A stretch of 64,000 nt of DNA from an uncultured Gemmatimonadales bacterium (GTDB lineage: Bacteria > Gemmatimonadota > Gemmatimonadetes > Gemmatimonadales > Gemmatimonadaceae). Below are positions 1 to 11,464 of this stretch, piece by piece; position 1 is the stretch's first letter; every line of letters starts with the position of its first letter. The notes beneath the pieces are model-generated. The model saw only the letters and a program-made list of their open reading frames with translations, searched no databases and was not told the DNA's origin. The DNA is taken from the NCBI GenBank assembly GCA_963701965.1, contig OY969695.1:4736001-4800000 (forward strand), given 5' to 3'. The translations under genes were made by a program, and so were the position numbers.

Positions 1-5
1 CCCGT

Positions 6-1214
6 GTGTCGGGCGCGTACCGGTTCCTCAACCTGTTGCCCGGTGTCGAGGAGATCAAAGTGCGCGGCGGTTGGGGCGAAACTGGAAATCGGCCCCCGTA
101 CGGCGCGCGCGATCAGGTGCTGTCCACGGGTCCGATCATCGGCGGCCTGACGAGCACGGTCGCCAACCTGAACGTCGGCGATCCCGCCATCACGCCGGAA
201 ATACTGACCGAGATCGAGGGCGGCGCCGATGTGACGGGTCTCGGCGGACGTTTGCACCTGGAAGCGACGGGATACCAACGGACGATCACCAACCTCCTCC
301 TGCAGCCCACCCTGGCGCCGACCAGCGGCTTCACGAGCGCCTTCATCAATGGCGGAGAGCTGCAAACGCGGGGCATCGAGGTCGGGGTGACGGGTACACC
401 CGTGCGGGCGCGCGACTGGTCGATAGACGCGGGCGTGAGCTTCGAGCGGAATCGGGAGCACACCGTAAGTCTTCCGGCCTCGGTGGCGCCGTTTGCCGCG
501 CCGAATAATTTCGGCGCGTCGTTCGGCACGAACCGGATTCAGGGTGGAACGCTCACCACCGCTATCTGGGGCAACGTGCCCGTCGATGCCGCGGGGCGCG
601 TCCTCCCGGTCGGGAGCTATGTCACGCGACCCGGTCTGGTCGCCGCGACGAAAGACACGATCATCGGCGACGCGAACCCCAGGTACACCGTGGCATTCAA
701 CAACACGGTCCATTGGCGGGCGTTCGATCTCGCGTTCACGCTGGACTGGCGGAACGGCGGTGATGTCGCCAACACGACCATGAAGTTGTACGACGAGGGA
801 GGCACCAGCCGGGATTGGACGACGCCAGTGACGGTGGGCGATCGCCCCGCTGGCCTGCCCGCGGGCGATGTGGGACTCATCCCGTCGGGCTCGCAGGGCC
901 TCGGCAACTTTCGCTACCTGGCGTGGCACGGCGGGTCCGACGCGCGTCTCTATCTCCAGGATGGCACGAACGTGCGGGTGCGGGATATCCGCCTGAGTTA
1001 CAGTGCGCCTGCGGCCGTCGCTCGAGCGATCAAGACGTCGTCCCTTCGCTTCTCGCTCGAGGCCCGGAATCCGTTCCTGTGGACGCACTATTGGAGCTAC
1101 GACCCGGAGTTCAACAACTTCGGCGATCAGAATCTCAACCGGTTCATCGATACGGCGCCGTTCCCGGCCGTCCGTTCGTTCACCTTCCAGATCGATCTGG
1201 GACTCTCGTCATGA
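6..1214 (+). CDS. SusC/RagA-type TonB-dependent receptor, C-terminal part (5' truncated)
   Basis: KVRGGWGETGN, ITPEILTEIEGG, NGGELQTRGIE, IIGDANPRY and YDPEFNNFG motifs; followed by a SusD-like gene. Confidence 0.9.
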   Translation: MSGAYRFLNLLPGVEEIKVRGGWGETGNRPPYGARDQVLSTGPIIGGLTSTVANLNVGDPAITPEILTEIEGGADVTGLGGRLHLEATGYQRTITNLLLQPTLAPTSGFTSAFINGGELQTRGIEVGVTGTPVRARDWSIDAGVSFERNREHTVSLPASVAPFAAPNNFGASFGTNRIQGGTLTTAIWGNVPVDAAGRVLPVGSYVTRPGLVAATKDTIIGDANPRYTVAFNNTVHWRAFDLAFTLDWRNGGDVANTTMKLYDEGGTSRDWTTPVTVGDRPAGLPAGDVGLIPSGSQGLGNFRYLAWHGGSDARLYLQDGTNVRVRDIRLSYSAPAAVARAIKTSSLRFSLEARNPFLWTHYWSYDPEFNNFGDQNLNRFIDTAPFPAVRSFTFQIDLGLSS

Positions 1215-2605
1215 TCCGATATGCCCTGTTGTTGGCGCTGCTGCTCAGTGCGTGCGCGCCCGACCGGCTGGTCAATCCAAACAGCCCGACACCCGCCTCC
1301 GTCGGATCGAGCCCGCTGCAAGCGCTACAGCTGGGAGCCACCGGCGTGGTGGCGAGCCAGCGCAACTCGATGCCGGCCTATCTCATCGCGACGGGTCAGT
1401 TCGGTCGGGAGATGTTCGACGTCGTGCCGACGGAGAGCCGGTCGGTAACGGCGTACTACGAGAACTTCAGCGATCCGACGAGTGGGGCGTCGGGCGACTG
1501 GACCGACCGGTACGCGACGCTGCGCAACATTGCGGCGTTCGCGACGACTGTGGCGGCGGCGACAACGGTGCCCGCCGCCCAACGTTCGGCGGCGCTGGGA
1601 TTCGCCGAGACATTGCAAGGACTGGAGCTGTCGTACCTGGCCGCCACACGCAACAATCTCGGGATCGTGGTCCAGATTCTCCCTTCGGCGACCGCGCTCG
1701 CGCCGTTCGTCTCGCGCGACTCGGCGTGGACGTTCGTGTCCGCGGTCCTCGACTCCGGCTACGCCGCGCTGACGGCTGCCGGCAACGTCGCGTTTCCCTT
1801 TTCGCTACCCGAAGCGGCTGGGCAGGGCTGGAGCGGGTTCGACACGCCCGCGACATTCGCCACGTTCAACCGCGCGCTCAAAGCGCGGGTCGAAGCCTAT
1901 CGCGCGTCACTGGCCGGGAACAACACCGCGGGCTATCAACGCGTCCTTACCGCGCTGCACGGATCCTTCCTGACGCCGCTGGTCGCGGACGGGAGCAATT
2001 TGGGCCTGGGGCCGTCCTATCTGTTCGGCAACCAGGGCACCGACGTGGCCAACACCGTGAGCGCGACGTTCCAACCGATCTATGCCCACCCGTCGATCCG
2101 CGACGATGGGACGGTGAGCGCGACCGACAAGCGGTATCTGGCGAAAATTCTCGCCGGCCAAGCGCTCCAGACGCCATCCGGCGCCAACGTGACGACAGAT
2201 CTCAGGCTCCAGGTGTACGCGACGGCGACGAGCCCCATTCCGATCGTCACCAACGAAGAGTTGGTGCTGCTGCGCGCGGAAGCCGAGTGGTTCACCGGTG
2301 ACGCCAACGGCGCGCTCGCGGACATCAATGCGGTACGCACGGTGAGTGGCGGACTCTCATCCCGCGCCGCGTTCACGGGGACTCAAGATTTCGTGACGGA
2401 GCTGTTGGCCCAGCGGCGCTTGTCGCTCCTCTTCCAGGGTCATCGCTGGATCGACGTGCGCCGGTTCGGGCGCCTGGCCGCGCTCCCGCTCAGCGGGAGC
2501 ACGTTTGGCCTGACCTCGAACCAGGTCATTCCCCAGGCCGAGTGCCTCGCGCGGCAGGACGCGGGGAGCGCCTCACTCGCGTGCCCCGCGTTTACCGCGC
2601 AGTGA
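1211..2605 (+). CDS. RagB/SusD-family outer-membrane lipoprotein
   Basis: ATGA overlap with upstream gene; lipobox LSAC; EELVLLRAEA and QRRLSLLFQGHRWIDVRRFG motifs. Confidence 0.9.
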   Translation: MIRYALLLALLLSACAPDRLVNPNSPTPASVGSSPLQALQLGATGVVASQRNSMPAYLIATGQFGREMFDVVPTESRSVTAYYENFSDPTSGASGDWTDRYATLRNIAAFATTVAAATTVPAAQRSAALGFAETLQGLELSYLAATRNNLGIVVQILPSATALAPFVSRDSAWTFVSAVLDSGYAALTAAGNVAFPFSLPEAAGQGWSGFDTPATFATFNRALKARVEAYRASLAGNNTAGYQRVLTALHGSFLTPLVADGSNLGLGPSYLFGNQGTDVANTVSATFQPIYAHPSIRDDGTVSATDKRYLAKILAGQALQTPSGANVTTDLRLQVYATATSPIPIVTNEELVLLRAEAEWFTGDANGALADINAVRTVSGGLSSRAAFTGTQDFVTELLAQRRLSLLFQGHRWIDVRRFGRLAALPLSGSTFGLTSNQVIPQAECLARQDAGSASLACPAFTAQ

Positions 2606-2623
2606 TGTCCCCGATTACGACAC

Positions 2624-3352
2624 TCACGTGGCCCTGATATAGGCGCACCCGCCCTGCTCGGCGCGAATGACGCCGAAGATCCCCGACGGCACGAGCGTGA
2701 CGCCGGGGATCAGGGCCGCGGTCAGCTCCTGCTTGACGACGTCGGCCTTTTGCTTGGTGCGCTCGGCAATGCGCCCGGCGAAACCGCTGAACGCCAAGTT
2801 GCAGGCAAGCGCGATCGTTCCGCGTCCGATCAGGGTGTCCAACCCGCCGTCGGCCCCGATCGTGGCGTACTTGTCGTCGGCCTTGGCATTCAGGAACGGG
2901 TTGCGCAGCGCCCATTCGCCCGTCGTGGGGTCCTTGAGCTTCGTGATCTTCTTTCCAATGAAGGGGTAATTCGCCCACGCGGCGTCTCCCAGGACCATCG
3001 GAATCGCCAGGTGCCGGAACACGAGCACCGCACGGAGGTCCGTGTCGGCCGTGTTGTAGACCTCCTTGTAGTTCATGTAGAACATCCGAGCCTGGTCCAG
3101 TACCGTGCCCTCGGCGATCTCCGGCGCATCGAACACCTGCTTATGCGTGCCATCGCCGGCGAGACGGTTGGTCCACGAGAGATCCCAATCATGGTGCGGA
3201 GCGGCGGGCGGCGGCGGAGCCGGCGTGGGCGCGACCGCCTGCGCCGTGGCTTGGGCTCTGGCGCAGGCCGTCGCCGCGAATGCCGCGGCGCCGCCGACGA
3301 GTTGTCCGAGGAACCGGCGGCGCCGGGTGGGCTCAGGCTGGATGATCGACAC
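2624..3352 (-). CDS. Tat-exported DsrE-like protein
   Basis: RRRFLGQL twin-arginine signal; ALACNLA, LIPGVTLVPSGI and GCAY motifs. Confidence 0.65.
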   Translation of the reverse strand: MSIIQPEPTRRRRFLGQLVGGAAAFAATACARAQATAQAVAPTPAPPPPAAPHHDWDLSWTNRLAGDGTHKQVFDAPEIAEGTVLDQARMFYMNYKEVYNTADTDLRAVLVFRHLAIPMVLGDAAWANYPFIGKKITKLKDPTTGEWALRNPFLNAKADDKYATIGADGGLDTLIGRGTIALACNLAFSGFAGRIAERTKQKADVVKQELTAALIPGVTLVPSGIFGVIRAEQGGCAYIRAT

Positions 3353-3427
3353 GGGTGCCCTTCGAGATGGAGGCGGTCGGGCGCCCCGGTGCGGGCGCCG
3401 CGAACCGGAAAACTGGCCGCCCGAGGG

Positions 3428-4408
3428 CTATCGCGCGAGGCGGATGACTTCGACGACGACCAGAAACACGCCGATCAGCGCCGCCACAATGACGAGGCGG
3501 GGCAACAGATTGCGCACCGTGGGCACCACTCCGGCGTCGAGCGCGGCGGTCAGCGAGCGGGCGCTCGTGTACCGGTCGAATCGCGAGATCGCCAATCCCT
3601 TTCTGACGACCGCATCGATCCCCCGCGGCACGTCCGCGCGCAGAGCGCGGGCCGACGGTGGCGGCGATGTCATCATCTTGGCGATCGCCGCCTGCGCCGT
3701 CTTGGCCACGAACGGCGGATCGCCGGTGATCATTCTCGTAGAACACCGCCGACAACGAATACACGTCGGTCCGCGCATTCAATGTCGCGCTCGGCGCTGG
3801 CCTGCTCGGGACTCATGTAGTTGGGCGTGCCGACCGTCGTCCCCGATCGCGTGAGCGGGCGAGTGGTCGTCGAGCGCATTCGGGCGCGCCACGCCGAAAT
3901 CGGCGAGCAGCGCGTCGCCGTCCGGCGTGAGCAGGATGTTCTCCGGCTTCACGTCGCGGTGCAGCACCTCTTGCCCGTGCGCATAGTCGAGGGCGCCGGC
4001 CACCTCGCGGACGATCCGCAACGCGTCCGGCATGGGCAGCCGCCGCTCCCGGCTCAGCCGGTGTCGCAGCGACTCGCCGGCGACGTACGGCATGGTAAAC
4101 CACAACTGTCCGTCCGCGGTCTCGCCCGAATCATAGACCGACAGGATGTGGGGATGCTGCAGGCGCGCCGCGAGCGCGATCTCCCGCCGAAAGCGTGCCG
4201 GCCCCAAGGACTCGGAGAGATCGGCCTGGAGGACCTTGAGCGCGACCGGCCGGTCGTGCTTGAGGTCGACCGCCAGATAAACGGTCGCCATGGCCCCGCG
4301 ACCAATCTCGCGCTGGAGCTCGTAGTGAGCCCCCAGCGTTCTCTGGAGCTCGCGCATATCCTCGGGCTCGTCCAGGGCGCGCCTCCGTCTGTGTTTTATC
4401 CGCAGCAA
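3428..4408 (-). CDS. Hanks-type Ser/Thr protein kinase (three apparent 1-bp insertions)
   Basis: IGRGAMATVY, VALK, HRDVKPEN, DFG; frame-corrected GTPNYMSPEQ and DVYSL; C-terminal TM helix. Confidence 0.85.
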
Positions 4409-4455
4409 GTTAAGAATACCCGGGGTGACCGGCCCGCGCCGGCCACCCCTTTGAT

Positions 4456-4752
4456 TCAGCGCCGGCTGGCCAGGACCGCGGACTCCGCGGTCGTGGGATC
4501 CATGATCGTGCGAATCCGCGCGATCCGATTGGCGGGAAACCCGCCGAGCCGCGCGTGCTCCCGGATCATCGCATCATCCTCGGCGATGTAGATGCAGGTG
4601 ATCTTGTCGTCGGTCACGAAGCTCTGGATCCACTGGATGTCCGGCCCCAGCTCGCGCACGACCCGGCACGACCGCCGGGCGATCTCCTGAAAAGCCTCCA
4701 CAGAGAGCCCGCCGACACTGGGGAGCTCACGTTCGATGAGAAATCGGGGCAT
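4456..4752 (-). CDS. DUF4242 family protein
   Basis: MPRFLIERELP, IQWIQSFVTDDKITCIY, IREHARLGGFPANRI. Confidence 0.85.
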   Translation of the reverse strand: MPRFLIERELPSVGGLSVEAFQEIARRSCRVVRELGPDIQWIQSFVTDDKITCIYIAEDDAMIREHARLGGFPANRIARIRTIMDPTTAESAVLASRR

Positions 4753-5026
4753 GGTTCGCTTCCTCGTTAGTGGGCAGAATTGCAAGTAACGCGCGGATTC
4801 CAGTCGGCAACGTGCCCGCCGGGTTGTCGCCGAGCGGCGGCATCGTCATGCACGCGGTCAGCTTGGTGCTGTAGCCCGCGGCCACGGCCGTGTCGAATAC
4901 CTGGAATCGTGACGTGGCCGCGCGAAGTGCCGCGAGATCGCGGTTCACGCCGTCATTGCTCGACGTCGGCGAGCTCGAGCACGCTACGAGAAGAAGGAGC
5001 GAAAGAATCGTGATGTGGTGCCACAT
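4727..5026 (-). pseudogene. Lipoprotein remnant, probable internal deletion plus 1-bp frameshift
   Basis: Lipobox LVAC and DLAALRAATSRF N-terminus joined directly to a tail that reads DNPAGT(F)ADWNPRVTC if one base is added. Confidence 0.5.
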
Positions 5027-5101
5027 GCGAAGCCTCCCGGATGGCGTTGAAGGGTCTGTCCCTAGAACGCAATCGCCGCCGGAAAGCGGACACGCCGCCG
5101 G

Positions 5102-5623
5102 TTATCCGGGATCGACCGGGAGAATGGCGTGGTGCAGCAGCACACGCGCGTTGCGCCAGTCCCGGCGCACCGTCCGCGTCGAGACCCCGCGTGCCGCGGC
5201 GATCTCCTCGAACGTATACCCACAGAAAAAATGCAGATCGACCAGCTCGGCCAGCGCGGGCTCGACGGTGGCCAGCTCGTTCAGCGCATCCCCCAACTGC
5301 TCCAGCTCCACCGCCAAGCGTTCGGCATCCGGCGATGGCGGCTCGTGTCCGCTGAGCGTGATCTCGAGATGCTTGCCCCGTTTCGTCGCTTGCCGGCGGC
5401 GCGCGTAGTCGATCACCAGCGTACGCATCGCGCGCGACGCGTACGCCAGGAAGTGCGCGTGATCGGGGAAGTCGCCGTCATGTCGAGCCACGCTGAGGTA
5501 GGCCTCGTGCACGAGCGTCGTCGTGCCCAGCGTGAGCCCACCGCCGCGCCGCAGACTGCGCTCCGCGAGTCGGTGCAGCTCGGCGTAGAGCACCTCGAAC
5601 AAACCGTTGGGTGCGTCAGTCAT
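5102..5623 (-). CDS. ECF sigma factor, kinase-associated type (TIGR02999-like)
   Basis: LYAELHRLA, TTTLVHEAYL, HFLAYASRAMR, LHFFCGYTFEEIA, TVRRDWRNAR; divergent from a kinase gene. Confidence 0.9.
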   Translation of the reverse strand: MTDAPNGLFEVLYAELHRLAERSLRRGGGLTLGTTTLVHEAYLSVARHDGDFPDHAHFLAYASRAMRTLVIDYARRRQATKRGKHLEITLSGHEPPSPDAERLAVELEQLGDALNELATVEPALAELVDLHFFCGYTFEEIAAARGVSTRTVRRDWRNARVLLHHAILPVDPG

Positions 5624-5668
5624 TGGGCAAATTAGCGGAAGCGCCAGGTCGGCACTACAGTTCGACGC

Positions 5669-8306
5669 ATGATCGATCGCGATCGGTGGAAGATTCTCGA
5701 ACCGCTCCTCAATCGCGTCCTCGATCTCCCAGTGCCGGAACGGGAGCCGTGGCTCGCGCAGTTGCGGTCGGAGTCGCCGACCCTCGCCGCCGACGTGGCG
5801 ACTTTGTTGGCCGCGGAATCCGACGCCGAGCGAACCGGCTTCCTCGCCGAGCCGCTGCGCATGACGTCCGACGACCTCGCCGTCGGCGCCTACGAGCTCG
5901 AGCGTCCGCTCGGCCATGGGGGAATGGGGACGGTCTGGCTCGCCCGCCGCACGGACGGTCGCTTCGAGGGACGCGCCGCGGTCAAGGTCCTCAACGTCAC
6001 GCACTTGAGCCCGACCGGTGAGGAACGCTTTCGCCGCGAAGGCTCCATGCTGGCGCGCCTCGCCCATCCGGGTATCGCCCGTTTGCTCGACGCTGGCGTC
6101 GCTTCGAACGGGCAACCGTATCTCGTGCTCGAGTATATCGACGGGAAACCGATCGACGTCTACGCCGCCGACGCCGAGCTCGCGACCGACGCGCGCATTC
6201 ACCTCATCCTGCAAGTGCTGGCCGCCGTCGGCCACGCGCACGCCAACCTGATCGTGCACCGCGATCTCAAGCCGAGCAACATCCTCGTCACCCGCGACGG
6301 CGCGGTCAAGCTGCTCGACTTCGGCATCGCGAAACTCCTCGATCCCGAGGGGCGCGGCGATGCGGCCGCGCTGACTGTCGAGGGCGGACGCGCGCTGACA
6401 CCGGAGTTCGCGGCGCCCGAGCAGTTGTGGGGCGATCCGATCACCACGGCGACCGATGTGTACGCCGCCGCCGTGTTGCTGTACGTGCTCTTGGCCGGCC
6501 GTCACCCGACGGCCGCCGGCTGCCGCACGCCGGCCGACGCCATCCGGGCGCTGGTCGAAGTGCAGCCGGCGCGACTCGGCCTCGGCGATCTCGACGTCGT
6601 GCTCGCGAAGGCGCTGCGCAAGGCGCCCGAAGAGCGGTACCAGACGGTCGGCACTTTTGCCGAGGATCTGGAGCGCTATCTGCGAGGCGAGGCGGTCAGC
6701 GCACGCCGCGCGACGGTGCTTTATCGCGCGCGCGCATTCGTTCGCCGCTATCGCGTTGGTGTGGTCGCGGCGGCCGCGGTGTTGGCGTCCCTGGCCGGCG
6801 CGACGGCGTTTTCGACGGCGCAGATGCGAGAGGCGCGCCGTCAGCGCGACGCCGCGTTGCGCGGCGTGAAGCGCTCGCAAGTGATGTCCGACCTCCAAAC
6901 CGTGCTCGCGGGCGACTCGCGGGGACTGGATGGCCGATTGCTCTCCCAGGCCGAGCGCATCGCGCTCGCCGAGCGCATGCTGGCGCCCTACGTGCGGCGC
7001 GAACCGTGGCTCGCCGCCGAGGTCACGGCGGACCTGGCCCAACGCTTCTACGAGAGCGGCGATCGGGAGACCCAGCGCCGGATGCTGGCGCGGGCTCGCA
7101 CGATCGCCCGCGACGCCGCGCTCCCGGCGCAGATCGCGCTGACGGATTGTGAGCGGGCGTACAGTTTCGTGTACGACGATCAGTTCGACTCGGCGCGCGT
7201 CGATCTCGCCGAAGCCAAGGCGGCGCTGGCCCGCCCGGCACCGCGACCGGATTCGGCGGTCGAGAGCGGGTGTCTCGACGCCGAGGGACAGCTGCTCGTC
7301 GGCACCGGAAGTCCCGACTCGGGCATCGCCCTGCTGCGGCGCGCCGTGGCACTCGTGAATACGGACCACGGCGGGTCGGACCGCTTGAGCGCCATCAACG
7401 ATCTCGCGGAGGCGCTCCGGTTGAGCCACCGGATGCGCGAGGCCGTGCCGTACCAGCGGCAGGTGATGGCGGAGCTCGATGCCGCGGGCTATGGGGACAC
7501 GGAGCAGCTGCCCAATGCCCTGTCATTTCTCGACGGGTCGCTGTGGGAGCTCGGTGAGCCGGAGGCCGAGGATGCGGCGATCGCGCCCTTCATCCGCGAG
7601 CAGGAGCAGCGGCACGGTGCCGGCCAGGTCTCGACCCATTCTCGCGTTCCTTTATGGGCAAGCCAAGCTCCGGCGCGGGGACATCGATTCCGCGGATCTG
7701 TGGATCGGCCGCGCCATGCGCGACACGACGGCGGGAGGGAGCGGCATCGGCGACTGGTTGCCGCCGGCGCTCACCCAGCTCCGATTGGAGCAGGGTAGGG
7801 TGGCGGAGGCGAAGCGGGCCAGTGCGGGGCTGGCCGGAGGTCCCCGCGGCCGGCGCGCCAACACCGCCATGCTCCAGGCGCGCATCCGGCGGGCCGAGGG
7901 CGACCCCGGGGGGGCGTCGGCGCTGTTGGAAAACGAGCTCCGGTCCGTGACCAGCGACGGAGGTCCATTGCTCACCCTCTTCGCCATTCCATTGGTGACC
8001 GCCGGCGAGTGGCGCCTCGCAGCGGGCGATGCGCGGGGAGCGGACTCCCTCGCCCGCCTCGCGCTGCGCAGCGCGCTCGTGGACTCCCTCTCGGCTTCCC
8101 GCAGCGCCTTCGCTGGCCGCGCCCAACTGCTCTTGTCGCGCGCCCAGCGGTCGCTCGGGAACGTCGATGTGGCGCAAAACGCCGCCCAGCGTGCGGTCAT
8201 CGCCCTGGCCAACGGTTACGGCGGGGCCAGCGGCGCGGCGCGCGAGGCGCGCGCGCTCGTGGATTCCCTCCTGACCGTCAAGATGCAGCGTCCAGCGGCG
8301 GACTAG
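5669..8306 (+). CDS. Ser/Thr protein kinase with TM helix and TPR-like C-terminus (frameshift near 7640)
   Basis: LGHGGMGTVW, HRDLKPSN, DFGIAK, TPEFAAPEQ; C-terminus continues in ORF 7479-8306. Confidence 0.85.
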
Positions 8307-8324
8307 GGGCCCGAACCGCTACCC

Positions 8325-8340
8325 CTTGTACTTCTACAAG
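8325..8340. promoter_or_regulatory. Palindrome CTTGTA-cttc-TACAAG, putative PadR operator
   Basis: 6-bp inverted repeat 20 bp upstream of padR; related copy at 16637-16652. Confidence 0.6.
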
Positions 8341-8360
8341 AGCGGAGGTATCGTGCGGTC

Positions 8361-8690
8361 ATGTCCGAACGGCTCGATCTCCCGCAGGGCACGCTCGACC
8401 TGCTGATCCTGCGCGCGTTGTCGCTCGGCCCGCGACACGGGTGGGCGATCTCGGAACGCATCCACAATGTCTCGCGCGCCACATTGCAGATTCCCCAAGG
8501 CTCGCTCTACCCTGCGCTGCACCGGTTGGAACGCCGGGGCTGGATCAAGGCGCAGTGGGGCGCGTCCGACAACAACCGCCGGGCCAAATTCTACGAGCTG
8601 ACCCGGGCTGGCCGCCGGCAGCTCGGCGTCGAGACCGATGCCTGGCGCCAACTCACCGCCGCGGTCGCGCTGGTGCTCGACCTGGCCTGA
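8361..8690 (+). CDS. PadR-family transcriptional regulator
   Basis: QGTLDLLILRAL, GSLYPALHRLE, NNRRAKFYELT. Confidence 0.95.
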   Translation: MSERLDLPQGTLDLLILRALSLGPRHGWAISERIHNVSRATLQIPQGSLYPALHRLERRGWIKAQWGASDNNRRAKFYELTRAGRRQLGVETDAWRQLTAAVALVLDLA

Positions 8691-11416
8691 TGTTCAGCGA
8701 CCTCCGCTTCCGCCTACGGGCGCTGTTTCGGCGCGGCACGATGGAGCGCGAGCTCGATGAGGAGCTGCGCTTCCATATCGAGCAGGCCATCGGGAAATAC
8801 GTCGCCGGGGGCATGGCGCCGTCCGAGGCGGCCCGGCAGGCGCGGCTCGCGTTCGGCGGCGTCGAGCGCATCAAGGACGAGAGCCGCGATCAGCGCGGGA
8901 TCTCGTGGTTCGAGCGCCGCGGCGCCGACCTGCGCCTCGCTACGCGTGGCATGCGACGCCAACCCGCGTTCACCGCGGTGGTGGTCGCCACGCTCGGCCT
9001 CGGTCTGGGCGCGAATGTCGCCGTCTTCCGCATTGTCGACCGGCTGCTGCTCCAGCCTCCGGCTTATCTGCACGATCCCGCGCGGGTGCACCGCGTGTAT
9101 CTGCAAGGGCTTCCGGGGCGGATCTTCGTGTTTGGGCGTGGCGGCGATGCCGGCATTCCGTCCATCGGCACCATGGCCTATCCGCGCTTCCGCGATTTGC
9201 AGCGGTGGACGACGTCGTGCGACCGCGTCGCGGCGTTCGCCGACGTCTCGCTGGCCATCGGCACCGGGCAGAACACCCAAGAGCGGTGGGTCAGCGCGGT
9301 CTCCGGCGACTATTTCGACTTGTTTGATGCGCGCCCGGCCGCGGGGCGGTTCCTGGCGCCGCCGGACGACCGCGCTCCCGCGGGATCACCCGTGGCCGTG
9401 TTGAGCCACGCCTTCTGGCGATCGCAGTATGGTGGGCGCCCCGACATCGTGGGCACGGCGCTGCAAATCGGGCCGTTGATCTATACGATCGTCGGCGTCG
9501 CGCCGGAAGGATTCGTCGGTGTCGAGACCACGAACCCACCGATCGCTTTCATCCCGCTCACGAGCTACGCGTACACCCGCGGCGTGCTCGAACACCCGGA
9601 CGCCTACGTCACGAGCTACAACGCCTGGATCGTCACCGTGCTGGCACGGCGCCGCCCGGGGGTCGGTACCACGGCCGCTGCCGCCGATCTCACGAATGCC
9701 TTCCGCCGCAGTCTCTTGGCCGAGCGGGCATCCAGCGCGCGCCGCACGGACTCCCTCGATCTCCATCGCGCCCGGGCGCTGGTGACTCCGGTGATAGAGA
9801 ATCGCGGGCCGGACCGGAACTCGCCGGCCCGGCTCGCGACGTGGACCGGTGGGCTGGCGATGATCGTGCTCCTCATTGCGTGCGCGAACGTCGCCAACCT
9901 GTTGTTGGCCCGGACACTCCAACGTCGCCGGGAATTCGCCATGCGTCTCGCTCTCGGCGTCACGCGCGGTCGTCTCCTGGCGCAAGTGCTCACCGAGACG
10001 CTGGTCCTCGCCGCTCTTGGGGTTGTGGCGGCGATCGCGATCGCCGAGGCCGGCGGCGCCGTGTTGCGGCCGCTGTTCGTGCCCGATGCGCCGTCCTCGG
10101 CCGTCATCGCCGATGGCCGCGCGCTCGTCTTTGCCGGTCTCGCCGCGCTCGTTGCCGGCGTCTTCACCGGTCTCGTGCCGGTGTTCGCCATCGATCGCTC
10201 CGATTGCGCCGACGCGTTCAAGGCCGGCCTGCGGGACACGACGTACCGCGGGTCGCGCGCCCGCGTGGTTCTGCTCGTATTCCAAGCCGCCCTGTCCGTC
10301 GTACTCGTCGTCGGCGCCGGTCTCTTCGTGCGCAGTCTCCAAGCGGCGCGGGCGGTGCGTCTGGGTCTCGACGTCGAGCATCTGATCGCCGTGCAGGCGA
10401 ATCTCCGGGGGCTGGCCCTTCCGGTTGGGCAGCAATACGCCCTGGCGCACCGGCTGGTCGACGGCGCCCGCGTCATCCCGGGTGTCACCGGGGTGGCGCG
10501 CGCCGAATCCGTTCCTTTCTGGTCGATCATGTCCGAAGACTTCACCGTGCCGGGAGTCGATTCGGTCGATCGGCTCGGATTCTTCACGCTGCAGGCGGTG
10601 TCGCCCCAATACTTCACGACCGTGGGCACGCGGATCCTGCGCGGCCGCGGCATTCTGGAGACGGACCGCGCGCGTGGGCCCCGCGTCGTCGTCGTGAGCG
10701 CGGCGATGGCGCGGACGCTGTGGCCGGGCCGCGACGCCCTGGGGCAGTGCATGAAGTTCGGCGCCGATACCAACCCCTGCACGACGGTCGTCGGTATCGC
10801 CGAGGATGCGCGGCAGGTGAGCATCGCGGACGACATCGGGCTCCGATACTATCTGTCTGTCGAGCAGTACGACTCGACGGCCGGCCTCCTGTTCGTCCGC
10901 GTGCGCGACCAGGCGGACGGTTCGATCCAAACGGTGCGGCGGGAGCTGCAGCGTCTCATGCCGGGAGCGACGTACGTCACGGCGACTCCGCTCCGCGCCA
11001 TCGTCGACACCCAGGTCAAGTCGTGGGAGCTGGGCGCGACGATGTTTTTGGTCTTCGGCGCGCTGGCGCTGGCCTTGGCCGCGGTCGGCCTGTACAGCGT
11101 CATCGCCTACGCCGTCGCCCAACGTACGCACGAGCTGGGCGTGCGGGCCGCCCTCGGCGCGCGTCTCGGTGATGTCCTCCGGCTCATCATCGCCGACGGT
11201 CTCCGTTTCGCGGTCGCGGGCATCGTCATTGGCAGTGGCATCGCCTTGGTCGCCGGCCAATGGGTGCGACCCTTGCTGTTCGGCGAGCAGCCGGCCGACC
11301 CCCTCGTGTTCGGCATCGCGATCGGCGTGCTCCTGATGACCGCCGCGGCGTCGAGCGTCATCCCGGCATGGCGCGCCGCGCGCGTCGACCCCATGGAGGC
11401 CCTGCGGGCTGATTAG
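8690..11416 (+). CDS. ADOP-type duplicated MacB/FtsX ABC permease
   Basis: ELDEELRFHI prefix domain, LLIACANVANLLLAR, GLYSVIAYAVAQRTHELGVRAALGA, DPMEALRAD. Confidence 0.92.
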   Translation: MFSDLRFRLRALFRRGTMERELDEELRFHIEQAIGKYVAGGMAPSEAARQARLAFGGVERIKDESRDQRGISWFERRGADLRLATRGMRRQPAFTAVVVATLGLGLGANVAVFRIVDRLLLQPPAYLHDPARVHRVYLQGLPGRIFVFGRGGDAGIPSIGTMAYPRFRDLQRWTTSCDRVAAFADVSLAIGTGQNTQERWVSAVSGDYFDLFDARPAAGRFLAPPDDRAPAGSPVAVLSHAFWRSQYGGRPDIVGTALQIGPLIYTIVGVAPEGFVGVETTNPPIAFIPLTSYAYTRGVLEHPDAYVTSYNAWIVTVLARRRPGVGTTAAAADLTNAFRRSLLAERASSARRTDSLDLHRARALVTPVIENRGPDRNSPARLATWTGGLAMIVLLIACANVANLLLARTLQRRREFAMRLALGVTRGRLLAQVLTETLVLAALGVVAAIAIAEAGGAVLRPLFVPDAPSSAVIADGRALVFAGLAALVAGVFTGLVPVFAIDRSDCADAFKAGLRDTTYRGSRARVVLLVFQAALSVVLVVGAGLFVRSLQAARAVRLGLDVEHLIAVQANLRGLALPVGQQYALAHRLVDGARVIPGVTGVARAESVPFWSIMSEDFTVPGVDSVDRLGFFTLQAVSPQYFTTVGTRILRGRGILETDRARGPRVVVVSAAMARTLWPGRDALGQCMKFGADTNPCTTVVGIAEDARQVSIADDIGLRYYLSVEQYDSTAGLLFVRVRDQADGSIQTVRRELQRLMPGATYVTATPLRAIVDTQVKSWELGATMFLVFGALALALAAVGLYSVIAYAVAQRTHELGVRAALGARLGDVLRLIIADGLRFAVAGIVIGSGIALVAGQWVRPLLFGEQPADPLVFGIAIGVLLMTAAASSVIPAWRAARVDPMEALRAD

Positions 11417-11464
11417 CTGGGGAGGGCCTCCCGCCGCGGCCCCGCTCGGTGTATATCAGGGGAC

